Made by a program: the position numbers and the translations under genes
The notes under the pieces: model-generated
What the model was told of the DNA's origin: nothing
What the model saw: the letters and a program-made list of their open reading frames with translations, nothing else
Databases searched by the model: none
Shown here: piece by piece, positions 37,850 through 50,760 of the stretch
Layout: each line of letters starts with the position of its first letter
Position numbering within the stretch: position 1 is the first letter of the stretch
Assembly: GCA_050575255.1 (NCBI GenBank)
Contig: JBNZDD010013696.1
Span: 2,212,716 to 2,276,715, forward strand
Direction of reading: 5' to 3'
DNA length: 64,000 nt
From: Harriotta raleighana
Lineage: Eukaryota

Positions 37850-37855
37850 AATAAA
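37850..37855 (+). terminator. Candidate proximal polyadenylation signal AATAAA
   Basis: Upstream TGTA motifs and downstream GU-rich sequence. Similar candidates at 37066-37071 and 38786-38791. Confidence 0.35.
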
Positions 37856-39812
37856 GTGTTAATGTTTGGGGAGGGAGCATAGGGATGTCGATTCAGCATT
37901 TTTTTTAAAAAAAACAATAATAGTGCAAGCTCTGGATGTGTGACTTTGCTGCTTTTTGATCTTTATTGATGTGCATAATAAGAGTTTGAAGCAGGAAGTC
38001 AAAGTTCACACTATGACCTCTGTAAATGTCTGCAATGTCGATTCACAAAATGCAGCAATGCCCTATTGAGTTGGTGAAGTATTTTCACCAATAAAAATGG
38101 TCACAGAATACATAGCAGCAAATTTTTACTTAAATTTTAAATTAGTGAACAATTGTGAAGTTATTATACACGCATAAAACTTTTTATTATATCAGTTTCT
38201 ATAAGACTGAATTACTTCTGCTTAGAATCACTGGCTTTTTAAAAAAAATAACTGATCTAAGATCTAGAGGATTTTTTTTCTATAAGGGACAATTGATGTT
38301 CCTATTAACTAGCTGCAAAACACTCACATACATCCTTTGTGACTCTTGTTGAGACTAAGATATTTGCAATGGTGAAAATCAAACCATTGTTCACGATGCA
38401 AACAAAAGGTTTTCAATTCATGCTGTGTAGTCGTTTGTATTTGTAGGGCAAACCTTTTGCAATTAAGATTCTTTGGGTGGGGGGGTGGGGGGTTAAATAA
38501 ATTGTATATTTTCATTAGCCTTATCAGAATATGCATGGCATCCAGAGATTCATTTACAGATTCTAAAGATATGTATGCTGATCTTTTAAGTTTCCGTTTC
38601 CTACCTTGGTGTGTGTCATTGACTCTTAATTTCTTTTTATCCGGATGAATTGTGTTATTAAACTGTTCCGTCATTTGTGTGACTACTGTATTTTACGGCA
38701 AAATGAACCATGTAGTATTTGTAAATGCCAGTTCCTAACCATGCCAAGATTTATAGGTACCGGCATTTTAACGATGATCCGATTTAATAAACCACTCCCA
38801 GACGCAAAGCCATTTCTGTACGGTTCCTGCATTTTCTGTCGTAAGGGAGCAGCTTATTTTTAGTTTTGCCTGCAATTCTTTTGTGGAAATGTTGACGAAC
38901 CAAAGTATAATTTCTGATGTGTAGCCTTATGTCCGTGTCATTTTATTATACCTTGGGCTTGAAATGGGTGATAACGTCCCACCCCAGGAACTGTTCCACT
39001 TGCAGAAATATTCTTCAATGTTGCCTGCTAATTGATGTTGTTACATATCAGCAAATAGCCTTAGGAGCAGTGGAACAATTTGCCTTCTGGCTTCCTGAAG
39101 CTCAAATGTGGCTGGCACAGGACAGGTGCGAAGGTGTCTTGCTTTTGAAATAAGTGTAAGCCCAAGGGAATAGTAAAGCAAATATTGACCGCAGTTTTCA
39201 GCCTATACTGTAAAGCACCACTTCTGTACTTAAAGAAGTAAACCTTGAATACGCATAATTCCCTCAGCCTTTAATAACTATTGTAACACTAATATTCAGC
39301 AACTTTCAGGTCAACCTTTCCCTACCACGGACTTGGTCGAGAACTGCAGCCCGTATTTGTCAAATTTTTGCTTTTATGTCCCCTTAAAAGAAAATGTGAA
39401 AACTTGTATCAAGTTTAACAGAATAATTTTCTTAATTTGTATGCTTACAAGGATGTTGTAAAGTACCCTACAAATAGACGGTAACTTATTTAACTTTGTA
39501 GTGGCGTGATGTCATCTCACCGCTGTGTGAATATATATAGTATTGTATTAGTCTTCAATGGTTTAAGTACTACCCTTTGTTAGTGTACTTTATAGTGTAT
39601 CAGCATTAAAAATTCAGAGGTGCCCTTGTCAGTGATACTGTGCTATGTTATCACTCAATGAAGACATGTGAAATTTACAAACTCATGTTTTCTGTACGTG
39701 TGCCACTCTTACATGATATAAACTCAACACGGAATGTTTCAGTTATTAATAATTGTTGTATAGATGACCTTGTTAATCTTCAGAACATGGAACTATCTGT
39801 TATGCTTGTCTT

Positions 39813-39818
39813 ATTAAA
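39813..39818 (+). terminator. Candidate distal polyadenylation signal ATTAAA
   Basis: Followed by U/GU-rich sequence at 39841-39890, at the end of the repeat-free block. Confidence 0.45.
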
Positions 39819-39949
39819 TCTAGAATAATAACAAATTGAAGTCTATTTTCTGTTCTTAACACAAATCGTGCTTTTTGTTTTGCATGTTGCCAGGAAGCCA
39901 TAGATTAGAAATCAGATGGGGAATTTGAGAGAAAAAGAGAGACGGATAG

Positions 39950-40450
39950 ATAACAAGAACAACAAAAAAATGACACTTGTATAGCGCCTTTCATGTCAGG
40001 AGGACATCCCAAGGCATTGGACAGAAACTGTGTCAGACCTGAGGTGGGGACGGGGATAGAAGGGGGGGATTAGGAGTTGCCGATGGGACCATCGAAGAAG
40101 AGAGTCTTCGGGCGGGACTTGAAGGAGGCCAGGGATTATTCGATGGAATTCCAGAGGTTGGGGGCAGAGTGGCTAAAGGCTTGCCCACCAATGGTGGGGC
40201 GGATGGGTCGGGGGACGTGGAGCAGGCCAGGTGAGTGGAGGGGGTGGGCGGGTTGTTAGGGGTTTAGAAGGTCATGGATGTAGGTTGGGGCGAGGTTATG
40301 GAGGTACATGGGGAGTAAAAGTATTAAGGGAAATGGTGGTGATGGTAGGATTGGAAAAGGTTGCAGGATGTGGAGCATGAAATTGTCTGTGTTGGAGTGG
40401 GATTGATGAGCTGAATAGCCTTTCCCTATTGCTAATTACCTCTGCTCCTG
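39950..40450. mobile_element. L2 3' fragment (minus, 39950-40305) abutting a CR1 tail (plus, ~40305-40450)
   Basis: Homology to 50248-50620; then gggattgatgagctgaatagcctttccc, a CR1-type tail. Confidence 0.8.
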
Positions 40451-41479
40451 CCTCATAGTTTTATGGAGCAGGAGATTGCTATGACAGAAAATGTTAGAGG
40501 CTAAAACATAACTGCAATTAAGGAAAGGTAGTGTTGGATGGAATAGACTCAAGCAATTGGAATTTAACATCTTTACCAAATCAGAGAAGTGCGTTCTCAA
40601 TTTCTAAAACCTGTGGAGATTTTATTCCCAATTCTCAAATACTAATGTGCAATAAATCATGGCAATATTTTGGCCCTCTTTTGCATAAAATGTGTGCATA
40701 TTTTTGTGCTTGCAAGCTCTTATTGGATGATCAGCAAAATCCATTTGCACTACGTTAGCTCGCTCTGCCATTCATCATAAATATGCCATGTTAATACACT
40801 TTCTAAATGACCAATACTGTAATTTGCAGTTGGAAACTGGTTTCAAAGGTCAGCTCAAAATTTACCTGCGACTGTATCTTTTCAGTTCCCAACCCCCCCC
40901 TCTCCAACCAGGTGTGAAGTGTTTTCAAATGTTCTCTCAATGTGAAATGCTCTGTATTAAATGTAAATTGGATTGTATGTTCATATGGATATGTCATGTC
41001 CCAGTACACTCATTGCATAGCCCTCTGCTTGTGCTGGCGTTTCTCCAGTTTAGCTGAGGGATTCACACCGAGGCATAAACTACAACCCCTGCCCCCCCAC
41101 CCCCCTTGGCTGTTTTAACATCAATGCTTTAGGGAAGAGTTCTTAATGTCCAAATCATTGGAAGAGGCTGCTTCTGCGAGCTAGTCATTCTTAGACAGAG
41201 TTGTTGGGTGTAACAGGTAGAAATGGGGAAGATCGGAACAGGGCAAAGGGATTGGAAAGTGAGAAAAAGACTGCCCTGACCTAAAGCAAACCTGGCACAA
41301 AAAGAACAGTTGTTTTTTCAACAAAGCCACAAAATTTACAAAATATCTATTTCCTTCCCTATTTGCAAAACATTGAAATTGTCCAATGCCTCGACTTGAG
41401 AGGCGCGATATAAATGTAGTTTTGTTATGTTATCGCCTTTCCTTTTCTGCATTAACCATATTCAGTGGCCAAGACAACA

Positions 41480-41690
41480 GACGGACTTTCTTCCCCAAAA
41501 GACTGTGGATACGAGGTCCATTCATATCTTGAAGACTGAGGTGGATAGATATTTGTTAGTTCAGGGTGTTAAGAGATACTGGGCAAGGGCAGGGAAATAG
41601 ATTTGAGGTACAGGTCAGCTATGATTTACAGAATGGTGGAACAGGCTAAAGGGGCTGAATAACCTCCACTCCAGCTGCAGTCTCCTATGA
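41480..41690 (+). mobile_element. CR1 LINE 3' end
   Basis: aagactgaggtggatagatatttg...gaggtacaggtcagctatgat...ggggctgaataacctccactcc. Confidence 0.85.
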
Positions 41691-42226
41691 TTGAACAGCC
41701 TCAAAAAAAAGATGCTGCACAGCTCAGCATCCCAGATCCCAATTAGGAAGATGTTTCAGACAAGAAAATTAAGTACCTCGTTGATACGGGGTGTGCCTTG
41801 GACAATACTGGTATGCTGGAGGCTAGAAGGTTTCCTAGTTGCATTGGCTCCCAAGACATTGCTGATGATGAGGCCTGCAGCTGATGTCAGTTGAGCAGCT
41901 CTGTGGTATTTGAGTCTCACAAGGCGTACCTCCAGGAGGGAGTTGTAAGAATGTTTAATTTCTCATACCGGACAGCAGACATTTAGAGCAATACTCCAGG
42001 GCAGAACTCTGCTTTCTGAGTACCAGAAGCTTACATTCCACCCGATAGCATTTTGTTTGGTACTGAAGAATGCTGTATGTGGCATATCTTGTAATTAATT
42101 GTGCAATGTTGCATTGCTTTAGTTGTTAGGGTTTTCTTTGAACTTGATTGCCCACCCAACCTGCTCGATGGATTGCTATCGCTTGCGAGACTTGGTGTTG
42201 GATGAAACGTGCATCAATCAGAAGAA

Positions 42227-42523
42227 AATAATAATAATCCTTGCATTTGATGTAGTGCTTTTCACGTCTTCTAGAAGTCTCATAGCGCTTCACAGAATAT
42301 ACTGTAAAATTATATATGTAGGCAAAACGTGGCAGCCAATTGTGCACAGCAGTGTTCCACAAACAGTCGTGGATTGAAATGATGAGTTTTTAAACAATAT
42401 TTTTTGAGGGTTTATTATCAGGCATGTGGAGTAACAAAACTTACCCAAGGTTTCGCCCAGCCTGGAATCAAACCCAGGTCCTTTACTTGTAAGGTGAGTG
42501 CTCTAACCACTGAGCTACAGGAC
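42227..42523 (-). mobile_element. Full-length SINE (dominant family)
   Basis: Head, body and tail all match 12897-13313 and 46332-46663. Confidence 0.92.
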
Positions 42524-44145
42524 TGCAAAATCCAAAGGATCACAAAAGAGTTTTGAATAAAGAAAGCACTTCAGCCTGTTGATCGCTTCCATCCAGAAAA
42601 CCAATCCTTCTACCTGCCCTTTGCAGCATCAAGCTGTATCCCATACAAGTGCTGGCCATCCTTTCTGTTGACACGTTGAAATAATTTCTGGTGTCTTCAA
42701 CTACGGCTTGAAAAGAAGTCTCAGTGAGTATTTTTATATTTCTTTATATGGCTGGAGGGAGTGGGGAGGGATTCGGGTTGACAGGCAAGACTGATTTGGT
42801 TCTTAAGTTTCCTAAGAAAAAGGAAAATGAGCTGGTGAATCACAGTTCTAACACGGTGAAACTCATACTTGCTTGGGGACTTTTAAAGTATAATCAATCT
42901 ATCCGATTCCTAGGCTGACAAACATTAAGATTGGCCTTGTGTGAATGTCTTGCAGAATTAGTCTCATTGAGCGAGCAAACTGCTTTACCTGTTCACACCA
43001 GTAAATATCTCCTTGTTTAACGTTTCACAGGGCTGGTGTTTTGGTGTCTGAACAGCAATTTTGTTCAATTATACTAATTGATTGGCTTTTTGGAGTGAGT
43101 GTACACAGCATACTCTAAGTGCAGGCTCATTATTGTCTTGCAATTCTGGGCAGTGCATCATGTAAATGACCTCAGTCCTATTTGTTGTAAATTTTATATA
43201 AGTGAATGGAAAATATGTTCCTAATCCTCGATAAAGCATTTTTTTTTTCAAGGTCCAGGCATATACCTTTCTTTAATGTCTTCAAAACAATTCAGTCAAC
43301 TGCACATGGCTGAAGTGGAAGTATAATTATCGAGCCAATAAAAGTTACTTTCTCTTAGATGGCATTTAAATTAAATTTACTGTTGTTTTTTTCAATCAGT
43401 TCTGCAGGCAGCAGATAGCACTAAGTCGTTGTTTGAAGGCAATAAAGGGTAAACATATTACTGATTGTTCTGCTAGTGGCATTGAGACAGGCCCTGGAGT
43501 GTAGGGATTAAATTAGATGACCTAATACCAAGGTGGATATATAAATACAAGTTGTTTAGCTTAAGATAAAGATGAGTTGTAACGGGTTGCAGAAGCATCT
43601 CTCTTAGATTCTGTAAGAATGCGATGGTTCTCATCTTAAACCTTTAAGCAAAGGCAAATCGCCTAGCACAAATTATCGTTCCTATTTTGATTGTGCTCGT
43701 TTGATGTGTAGATCTCTTTTAACCTTGAATTTTAAACCACAAATACTCAAGGATTTGGCCCATTGTAAATTCATGCGTAGCATAACTTGTCACTTTGGGA
43801 TTTAGACCTATGAACGAAAGCAAAAGGATTTACCACATGACACATTTATATATTGTAAAAAAAAACACAGTACAATCAGAGAATTCCACAATCTCTATAA
43901 TTGCTTTGTAAATATAGTGCCTGGAATTCTGATCAGGGAAGTAAGAGTGTTAAGGAGTACGGTGAAAAGGAGGCAATTAAAAGATCTGCCACATATAATA
44001 AACTGGTGGCACAAGCTTGATGGAATAAATGGCCCTGTAACCCTACGATACCAATCCTGAAGCTCTTTCATCAGATATATTTTGCTTTTCCACCTTAAAC
44101 TTTGTTGACTAAAATGTTAAGGCATCCAAATTGTACTCCTCAAAA

Positions 44146-44740
44146 TATCATAGAATCATAGAATTTTATGGCACAGAAGGAGGCCATTCGGCCCATCGAG
44201 TCTGTGCTGGCTCTTTGACAGAGCAATGTCACTTTTATTAACCCCAATCCCCATAACCCTGCAAATCCGTCTTCCCCAGACACCTATACAGTTTTCTCTT
44301 AAAAGCTGCTATCGAATAGGACCTCACTACCCTTTCAGGCAGATCATTCCAAATTCAAACAACTCGCTGAGTGAAAAAAAAATTCTAACCTCCCCTCTGC
44401 TTCTTTTGGTANNNNNNNNNNNNNNNNNNNNNNNNNNNNNNNNNNNNNNNNNNNNNNNNNNNNNNNNNNNNNNNNNNNNNNNNNNNNNNNNNNNNNNNNN
44501 NNNNNNNNNNNNNNNNNNNNNNNNNNNNNNNNNNNNNNNNNNNNNNNNNNNNNNNNNNNNNNNNNNNNNNNNNNNNNNNNNNNNNNNNNNNNNNNNNNNN
44601 NCTTAAGATTGAGCTACCAAGACTATATTGCCTCCTATCATTTTTCCTACCTAAGTGTATGACCTCACACTTATCCACATTGAAATCCATCTGCCACATG
44701 TCAGCCCATTCCACCATTCTGTGTATGTCTGCTTGCAATT
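44146..44740 (-). mobile_element. Relatively young CR1 LINE 3' portion interrupted by an assembly gap
   Basis: Tail (atcataga)n...ggaggccattcggccc. ORF reads LQADIHRMVEWADMWQMDFNVDKCEVIHLGRKN. Confidence 0.92.
44412..44601. other. Assembly gap (190 N)
   Basis: Run of N. Confidence 0.99.
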
Positions 44741-44834
44741 CTGTGTATGTCTGCTTATATCTGAATATTAAATGTAAACCTTGATTATTAAATGTAAGGC
44801 TTGATTTTGAGGAAGAATTACCTTTCCGAGCATC

Positions 44835-45062
44835 TTAATAACATGCCGAATAATAATCCATCCCCCAAAAAACTATAGTAAAAATTGGTCATTTCAGTCC
44901 AGGACTGTTTGTGGGACATTGCTGTGCCCAATTGGTTGCTGTGTTTCGCCCACAAATATACAGTCAAATCATTTTGCAGTATATTCTGTGAAGGGCTTTG
45001 AGACGTGAAAAGCGCTATATAAAATGCAAGGATTGTTCTTCTTATTCGTCTTATTATTATCT
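44835..45062 (+). mobile_element. 5'-truncated SINE
   Basis: Body and tail of the dominant family. Confidence 0.88.
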
Positions 45063-46331
45063 TACTCTTGATTTCTTGAGTTTCTGATCAAATGGAATCT
45101 GATGCACAATTATCAAATTTGCTGGTGGCTTTGATTACCAGAGTCGGACAACCATTTGTACACTGTATTCATGTGTCTGCTTTAAAAACAATCCCACCTA
45201 GTAAAATCTGATGACCTGACCAGGAATGAATGAATGCATATGTTGGATTTTTAACCTGTGTAATCACTAATTTTAAGCAAGTCTCCTTTGAAAATGATTG
45301 GGTTTCAATTGCAGGCTTGACTGACTATCAACGCTCAGTTTCAGAAATTGCCATGGCTGTAAATATGTTTTTTAAGGAGGTGTAGGTGTAAATCACATAC
45401 ACCTGAAGTATTCTAATGTCACACAAATTACGTCTTTTTCTTATACGTTTAATCAGCCACTGGTATATTCTGAGCAGAAGATTCAGACAACTAAGGCTTC
45501 CCTCGGGGAAAGGGAAAAAGAACTGATGATAGATTTAAAATGATAGATTGCAAAGAAAACTGCAAAAGAAATTGTGAGCCCATTAAAAGATTGGGTTCCG
45601 GTTATTGTATAAAATACATTGCCTGTTGATAAAGGAGCCCAAACTAATTCAGGCCAGGGTTTTGTATGATTTTATTGTCTTCAATTTCTAATTCATCATT
45701 TTGAAAGAAAAATTCAATTTAACTAAGTCTATATAAGTTTCCAGTCTACTTAACTCATTATGGCCTCTCTGTCTTTCTGCCACTGATACTTTCACTGCAA
45801 ACTCTGGTGTATTATGTTCTTTTACACTTTTTATCTTCTCTGACAATTACTTTGTGACATGTTTTCCATTTTACGCTCTTGCAAATCACTTGGAATATCT
45901 TATTCCCTGAAGGCAATCACCTTTGAGATCAAGCCCAGCCATTGCTGCAGCTGTGTTTCAATTCTGTAAAACAAATTGGTAAAATAATAAGATTTGATTT
46001 AACATGACTATTCAGATGTGCAATGTAATTATTAATGAAGTCTAATTAATTTCTACTGTATCCTTGTTATCTTTGTTCCCAGTGTAGGCAAGTTAGCATC
46101 ATCGTTGTACCAGTTCTGCCCAACCTTTGAACTGTTCTAAGCTTACATTATACTGCATTACCACATGTACAGTATTTTCCAACTTGGAGTCAATTCCCAG
46201 TGCATGTTTAAATGAATATGGACCTACAGTGTTCAGAGATTCAGTGTTCAGTTATTTTAAGACTGACTCTTCGTTCGAGCTTATCCGATCTCTGTAGAAC
46301 TACTTCTTTCACTTTCAACCCCGGTTTATAA

Positions 46332-46663
46332 AAATAATAATAATCCTTGCATTTGATATAGTGCTTTTTACATCTTCTAGATGTCTCAAAGCTCTTCACA
46401 GAATATACTGCAAAATGAATTGACTGTATATTTGTGGGCAAAACCTGACAGCCAATTGCGCACAGCAGCCAGTGTCCCACAAACTGTTGTAGATTGAAAT
46501 AACCAATTTTTATTATTGTGTTTTTTTTTGGGGGGGCGAGGGATTGTTGTCAGGTCCGTGTGTGGAGTAAGGAAACTTGCCCACGGTTCGTCCTGACCTG
46601 CCTGGATTCGAACAAGGGTCTCACGTTTGTAAGGCGAGTGCTCTAACCACTGAGCTAAAGGAC
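46332..46663 (-). mobile_element. Full-length SINE (dominant family)
   Basis: Intact A box and B box (GTTCGAATCC on minus), body and tail. Confidence 0.93.
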
Positions 46664-46671
46664 TCCAGTGT

Positions 46672-46762
46672 AGTGGAATTAACAGGTTTATAAGGCAGCC
46701 ACTCCAGGGGTCTGGTGTGAATCTGCTCATGTTGTGGAGTGATTAAACCTGCTAATTCCACT
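46672..46762. repeat. Inverted repeat with 19-bp arms
   Basis: agtggaattaacaggttta / taaacctgctaattccact (1 mismatch), plus inner cactcca/tggagtg. Confidence 0.8.
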
Positions 46763-46942
46763 GGAACTCTTGTCCTGCGCTGACGGCAAGGAGAGTGGAG
46801 CAGTGAGCATGTGTGGAAATCTGCTAAACTCTATCCAAATGTCAGTGAGTTTTTAATGTTGATTAAAAACAAGAGCCCATGGGCTCTTTCGTAGCATTGG
46901 ACACTGACAGATTTTGATCTCGACATTTAAAAAAATTTGTTT

Positions 46943-47023
46943 GATTTAATGTCTCATCTTGAAGTTAAGACACTGCAAGGTGCCTGCAGTCAGTGTCTTA
47001 ACCCCAAGACGAGACATTAAATC
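46943..47023. repeat. 81-bp near-perfect palindrome
   Basis: gatttaatgtctcatcttgaagttaagacactg / cagtgtcttaaccccaagacgagacattaaatc, 33-bp arms with 3 mismatches. Confidence 0.92.
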
Positions 47024-47513
47024 GTGGTTCTGTTTGACTATTCGGTACAGTGACATTGGGAAAAAATACCCTGCCAAGGAGGGATGAAACTCAAATCAGT
47101 ACTCTCCTCTTATAGTCGGTTGTCAGCAAGTACATTGCAGGACGTGACTGTACAGTATGCCCGACAAACATAATCAAAGCTAAGCTTTTCTTGCTTCATG
47201 TTAAATATCAGTGGAATATGTTGACAATTTAACAAATGATTTCCTCCCTCTCCATTTCGGTACATTTGTTCTTCCACAACAGATGTTGCCAACACAGCAA
47301 CAAACTTGCACTTGATTCCACGCTGGATAACGTCTCAAAGTGCTTTACAGTGAGGATCGCTGGTAAGGAGGTAAGGTGAACGCAAGCACAGTCGGAGAAG
47401 TATTCATTATTTTGCAGAGGTTTTGAAAGCTTAGAGAGAGAATGCAATGTCCTTGCGAGTGGGATTAGTGTCTTACACCGTGGTGAAGGTGAGAATACAC
47501 AACAGCAAACGAC

Positions 47514-48060
47514 AAATAATAATAATCCTTGCATTTGATGTAGCGCCTCTCATGTCTTCTGGATGCCTCAAAGCGCTTCACTGAATATACTGTAAAGTAA
47601 AGTGAATGTATACTTTGTGGGCAAAAAGCAGCAGCCTTTTGCGCACAGCAGTTGTGGATTAAGTGGGAAATTATTATGGTTTTATTCTTTGAAGGAATTA
47701 TTCCCCCCCCCCCACCCCCGGAAAAGCGATCCGCCAATCGATCAGGTTCCTATTGACCTCTAGGTAAACAGAGGCGTGTGGAGTGAGGAAACTTACCTAA
47801 CGTTTCGCTTTCCCGGGAGTCAAACCCAGCTCCTCAAACCACCAAGCTACAGCACTCAAAAAAAAATTGCATTCATATAGTGCCTTTCATGTCGGGAGGT
47901 TGACCCAAGGTGCTAGAGAACCAAGAGTTTACACTTGAGCTGAAAGTGGGAGGGCAAGGGAGCTGGGGATGGGAGGATGATCAAAAGCACGGTCAAAGAG
48001 GAACATCTTGAGACGGGCTTTGCAGGAGGCAAGGGTGTGGGTGAGGGAGTCTAGAATGAA
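47514..48060 (-). mobile_element. Long-variant SINE (47514-47853) followed by an L2 3' fragment (47860-48060)
   Basis: SINE tail, then gcgatccgccaatcga...ggtaaacagaggcgtgtggagtgaggaaactt, then an L2 tail. Confidence 0.8.
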
Positions 48061-49271
48061 GAGATTTTTTTCCCCCCACCAGTCCTCGCTGTGGTAAATA
48101 TTTTACGACCTGTTCTAATAGTGCTGGGGAGCCTTGCTGAAGAGTTTGATCAGGTTCTATAGCGGGAGAGTTGTCTGGGGGAAAAAAAAACCAGGTTCAG
48201 CATGAAATGTGAAAGATGATGCTCCAATGCAAATAAATAAGTCACGAGCAGCCTCTGTGAACATTGTCTATAATTCACAATAGGTTTGCTCTTTGCACAG
48301 ATGTTTTTTTTAAGTAACCGATACAATGGAGTACATGGCAATGATACAATCTTAAAGAGAAATTGGAAAGTTACCCTGTTTCAAGGGATTACAGCTAATT
48401 TTGAAGCAGGCTGAAGGAACACATCTAAAGGAAGCTTTCTATCTTTCTCAAGGCAACATAAAGGTTATGTTTGGGTGTGTTTGGTGGGAGTGGGGGTGTG
48501 TGTGGAAATATGGTACCAAATATAATTACACATAATTAGAATAATCATAGAATAGTATTAACAAATTATAATTAACCTTTCCAGCTAACACGAAAATGCT
48601 GACTACACATGGTTTATCCTAGTAAAGAAAGGGCCTGGTCAGCGTACTCTTTCTCACAGGAACAGACAGGCGTCCTTGGACCTAATGGTACTACTGAAGC
48701 CATAAACAGCATTTCTCACACACCTTATCTGTTAAGCCTATTGTAGTGATTGGTTAGTTATGTCAAGCAAGAACTCAGTGTATGCTCTTCCCCTCTGTTT
48801 TTGATTAAATTAACTACATTGTTTCACTGTATAAAAAGGGACGTGGGAATGCCTCATGTTCAGAGGTAACAGCCGACTCCCTTTGAGAGACATGACTTAC
48901 CTCTCCCTAACTATAGTTCTGTAATAAAGCGCATTTCTAATAATACTTTGTTTAAGTGTTATTTCTTCCTAGCACAAAGAGACTAAAATCGGTTTCTATG
49001 GGGGGAGGGGAGGGGGGGTGGTGGGGTGGTAGGGGTACGTTGGGGGAAGGAGAGATAAACCTGATCCTTCGGAGAATAGTATTCTCCAATGCACTGTGCA
49101 ATGAACTGCAAGTATCATGTCCTAAACTGCATGTACAGCTGCAATAAGATGAAATTTGCCTCCACACTCTTAACAAACTTGCCTGTGAATTCTTTTCTGT
49201 GCTAATTAATCCTGATACCAGTCCTGAAAGTGGAGAAATTTGAATACTATCGAGAATTCAGTGAGAGCTCT

Positions 49272-49675
49272 ATAACGATAAGCTTTGCACTCGAAACATT
49301 TCAAATGCCTCACAGGGAATTGTAATCAAGTGTGTACTTGTAGCTAAGCACGGCGGACATTTTGCACACAGCAAAGCCCCACAAACAGCTATGAAGTGAA
49401 TGGACTGTTTATCTGCAGAAAGCAAGGGAAACTCCCTTTTCTTTCCAATCGGAAGCTTTAGTGTCTACCTGAACAGGTAACGGGACCTCTATGCAATTCA
49501 TCACCTGAAAGATAGCATTTCTGACATTGCAGCACCCTTCCAATGCAACATTCTCCCAGTACGATGTCCCCCAGTATAACAGTCTCCCAGTAGTGCACTG
49601 GAGAATGAGCCTAGATTATGAATTCAAGTCCCCAAAATGGGTTTTAAACCTACAAACAATGCTAACAATTGAACA
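49272..49675 (-). mobile_element. Old Deu-domain SINE
   Basis: ttttgcacacagcaaagccccacaaacagc...cacctgaaagatagcatttctgacattgcagcaccc...cctagattatg, homologous to 31390-31805. Confidence 0.75.
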
Positions 49676-50247
49676 TAATTGGTAAGTCGTGCATTGTTGG
49701 ATTCCTCTTGCTGAAAAGATCTTCAAAAACCAATAAAATGCGCATTTGTGCGTGAAATAATAGTCCAGCAATTTAGTAAGATTCATTGAGGTTCAGTCAG
49801 TTCAACATTGAGCTTTCTTTGTGCCAGAGGATTTTGAGAATGAATCCCAGGGTAGAAAATATATCCTCTAAGTGCAGGAGTAGTGGACAGTATGAAGGAT
49901 CTCATTGCTATTGAATTGGTTTTGAGAAAACACACCCAATTTAGGTGTGTAGTCATCCAAGGCACTGTTGATTGCTGATTGTGTTATCTGATTCATTAAT
50001 TTGTCCTTGAATTGGGCCGTGTGCTCTCTGAGACGCCATCCGGCGTAGAGGGCGCTATATAAATTGAAGTTATTGTTGTTGTATGTGAACGAACATCTTC
50101 CACATGCTCAGATCGGGCCTGAAGACTTTCCTCTTCCATTGTGTTGCGATCACCTCGCCACTCTCCTCAGTGCCGTGCTCCACTGTTGTCAAGCCCTCTG
50201 GGACGCTATCCTGTGTGATGAGAGCTGTGTAAATGCAAGTTGTTGAT

Positions 50248-50760
50248 GACAGTAACAATAAGACATTACATTTGTATAGCGCCTTTCACATCAGGAAGAC
50301 ATCCCAAGGCGCTGGACAGTCCGTGTTTCAGACCCGAACTGGGGTCAAGATTAGGATTATGAAAGGAAGAGGGGGGACCGATGGCATGTTCGAAGAGGAG
50401 GATCTTGAGGCACAACTTGAAGGAGGCTAGGGATGGGGCGAGGCGAGGGATTGCGGGATGGAATTCCAGAGATTGGAGGCAGAATGGCTGAAGACTCGCC
50501 CGCCGATGGTGAGGCGGGTTGGTCGGGGGGCATGGAGCAGGCCGGAGCCCGCTGAACAGAGGTAGTAGGTTGGTGGGAGGTTACGAGGTCGCAGAGTTTG
50601 GGTGGGGCAAAGCCATGGAGGGCTTTAAAGGTTAGGACCAGGATCTTGAATTAAATCCTCTGAATGATGGGGAGCCAATGGAACTGGGCGAGAATGGGGG
50701 AGATGGGGTTACTGAGCTTGGTGTGGGAGAGGACATGGGTTGCAGAGTTCTGGATGAGAT
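50248..50760 (-). mobile_element. L2-clade LINE 3' fragment (end of ORF2 plus tail)
   Basis: Peptide HLIQNSATHVLSHTKLSNPISPILAQFHWLPIIQRI matches the L2 motif LQLIQNSAARVL...HITPVL..LHWLPV.QRI. Plus-strand tails at 49995-50082 and 50130-50245 are adjacent. Confidence 0.9.

Larger units (their letters stand above)
36836..39850 (+). other. CHL1: Putative long 3' UTR of CHL1
   Basis: About 3 kb of AU/GU-rich sequence with no recognisable SINE or LINE, between the stop and the next repeat at ~39950. Contains several poly(A) signals. The exact end is uncertain. Confidence 0.6.

Noticed and set aside
48998-49047. G-rich tract capable of forming a G-quadruplex
   Set aside because: Low-complexity G runs are common in this window and there is no functional context.
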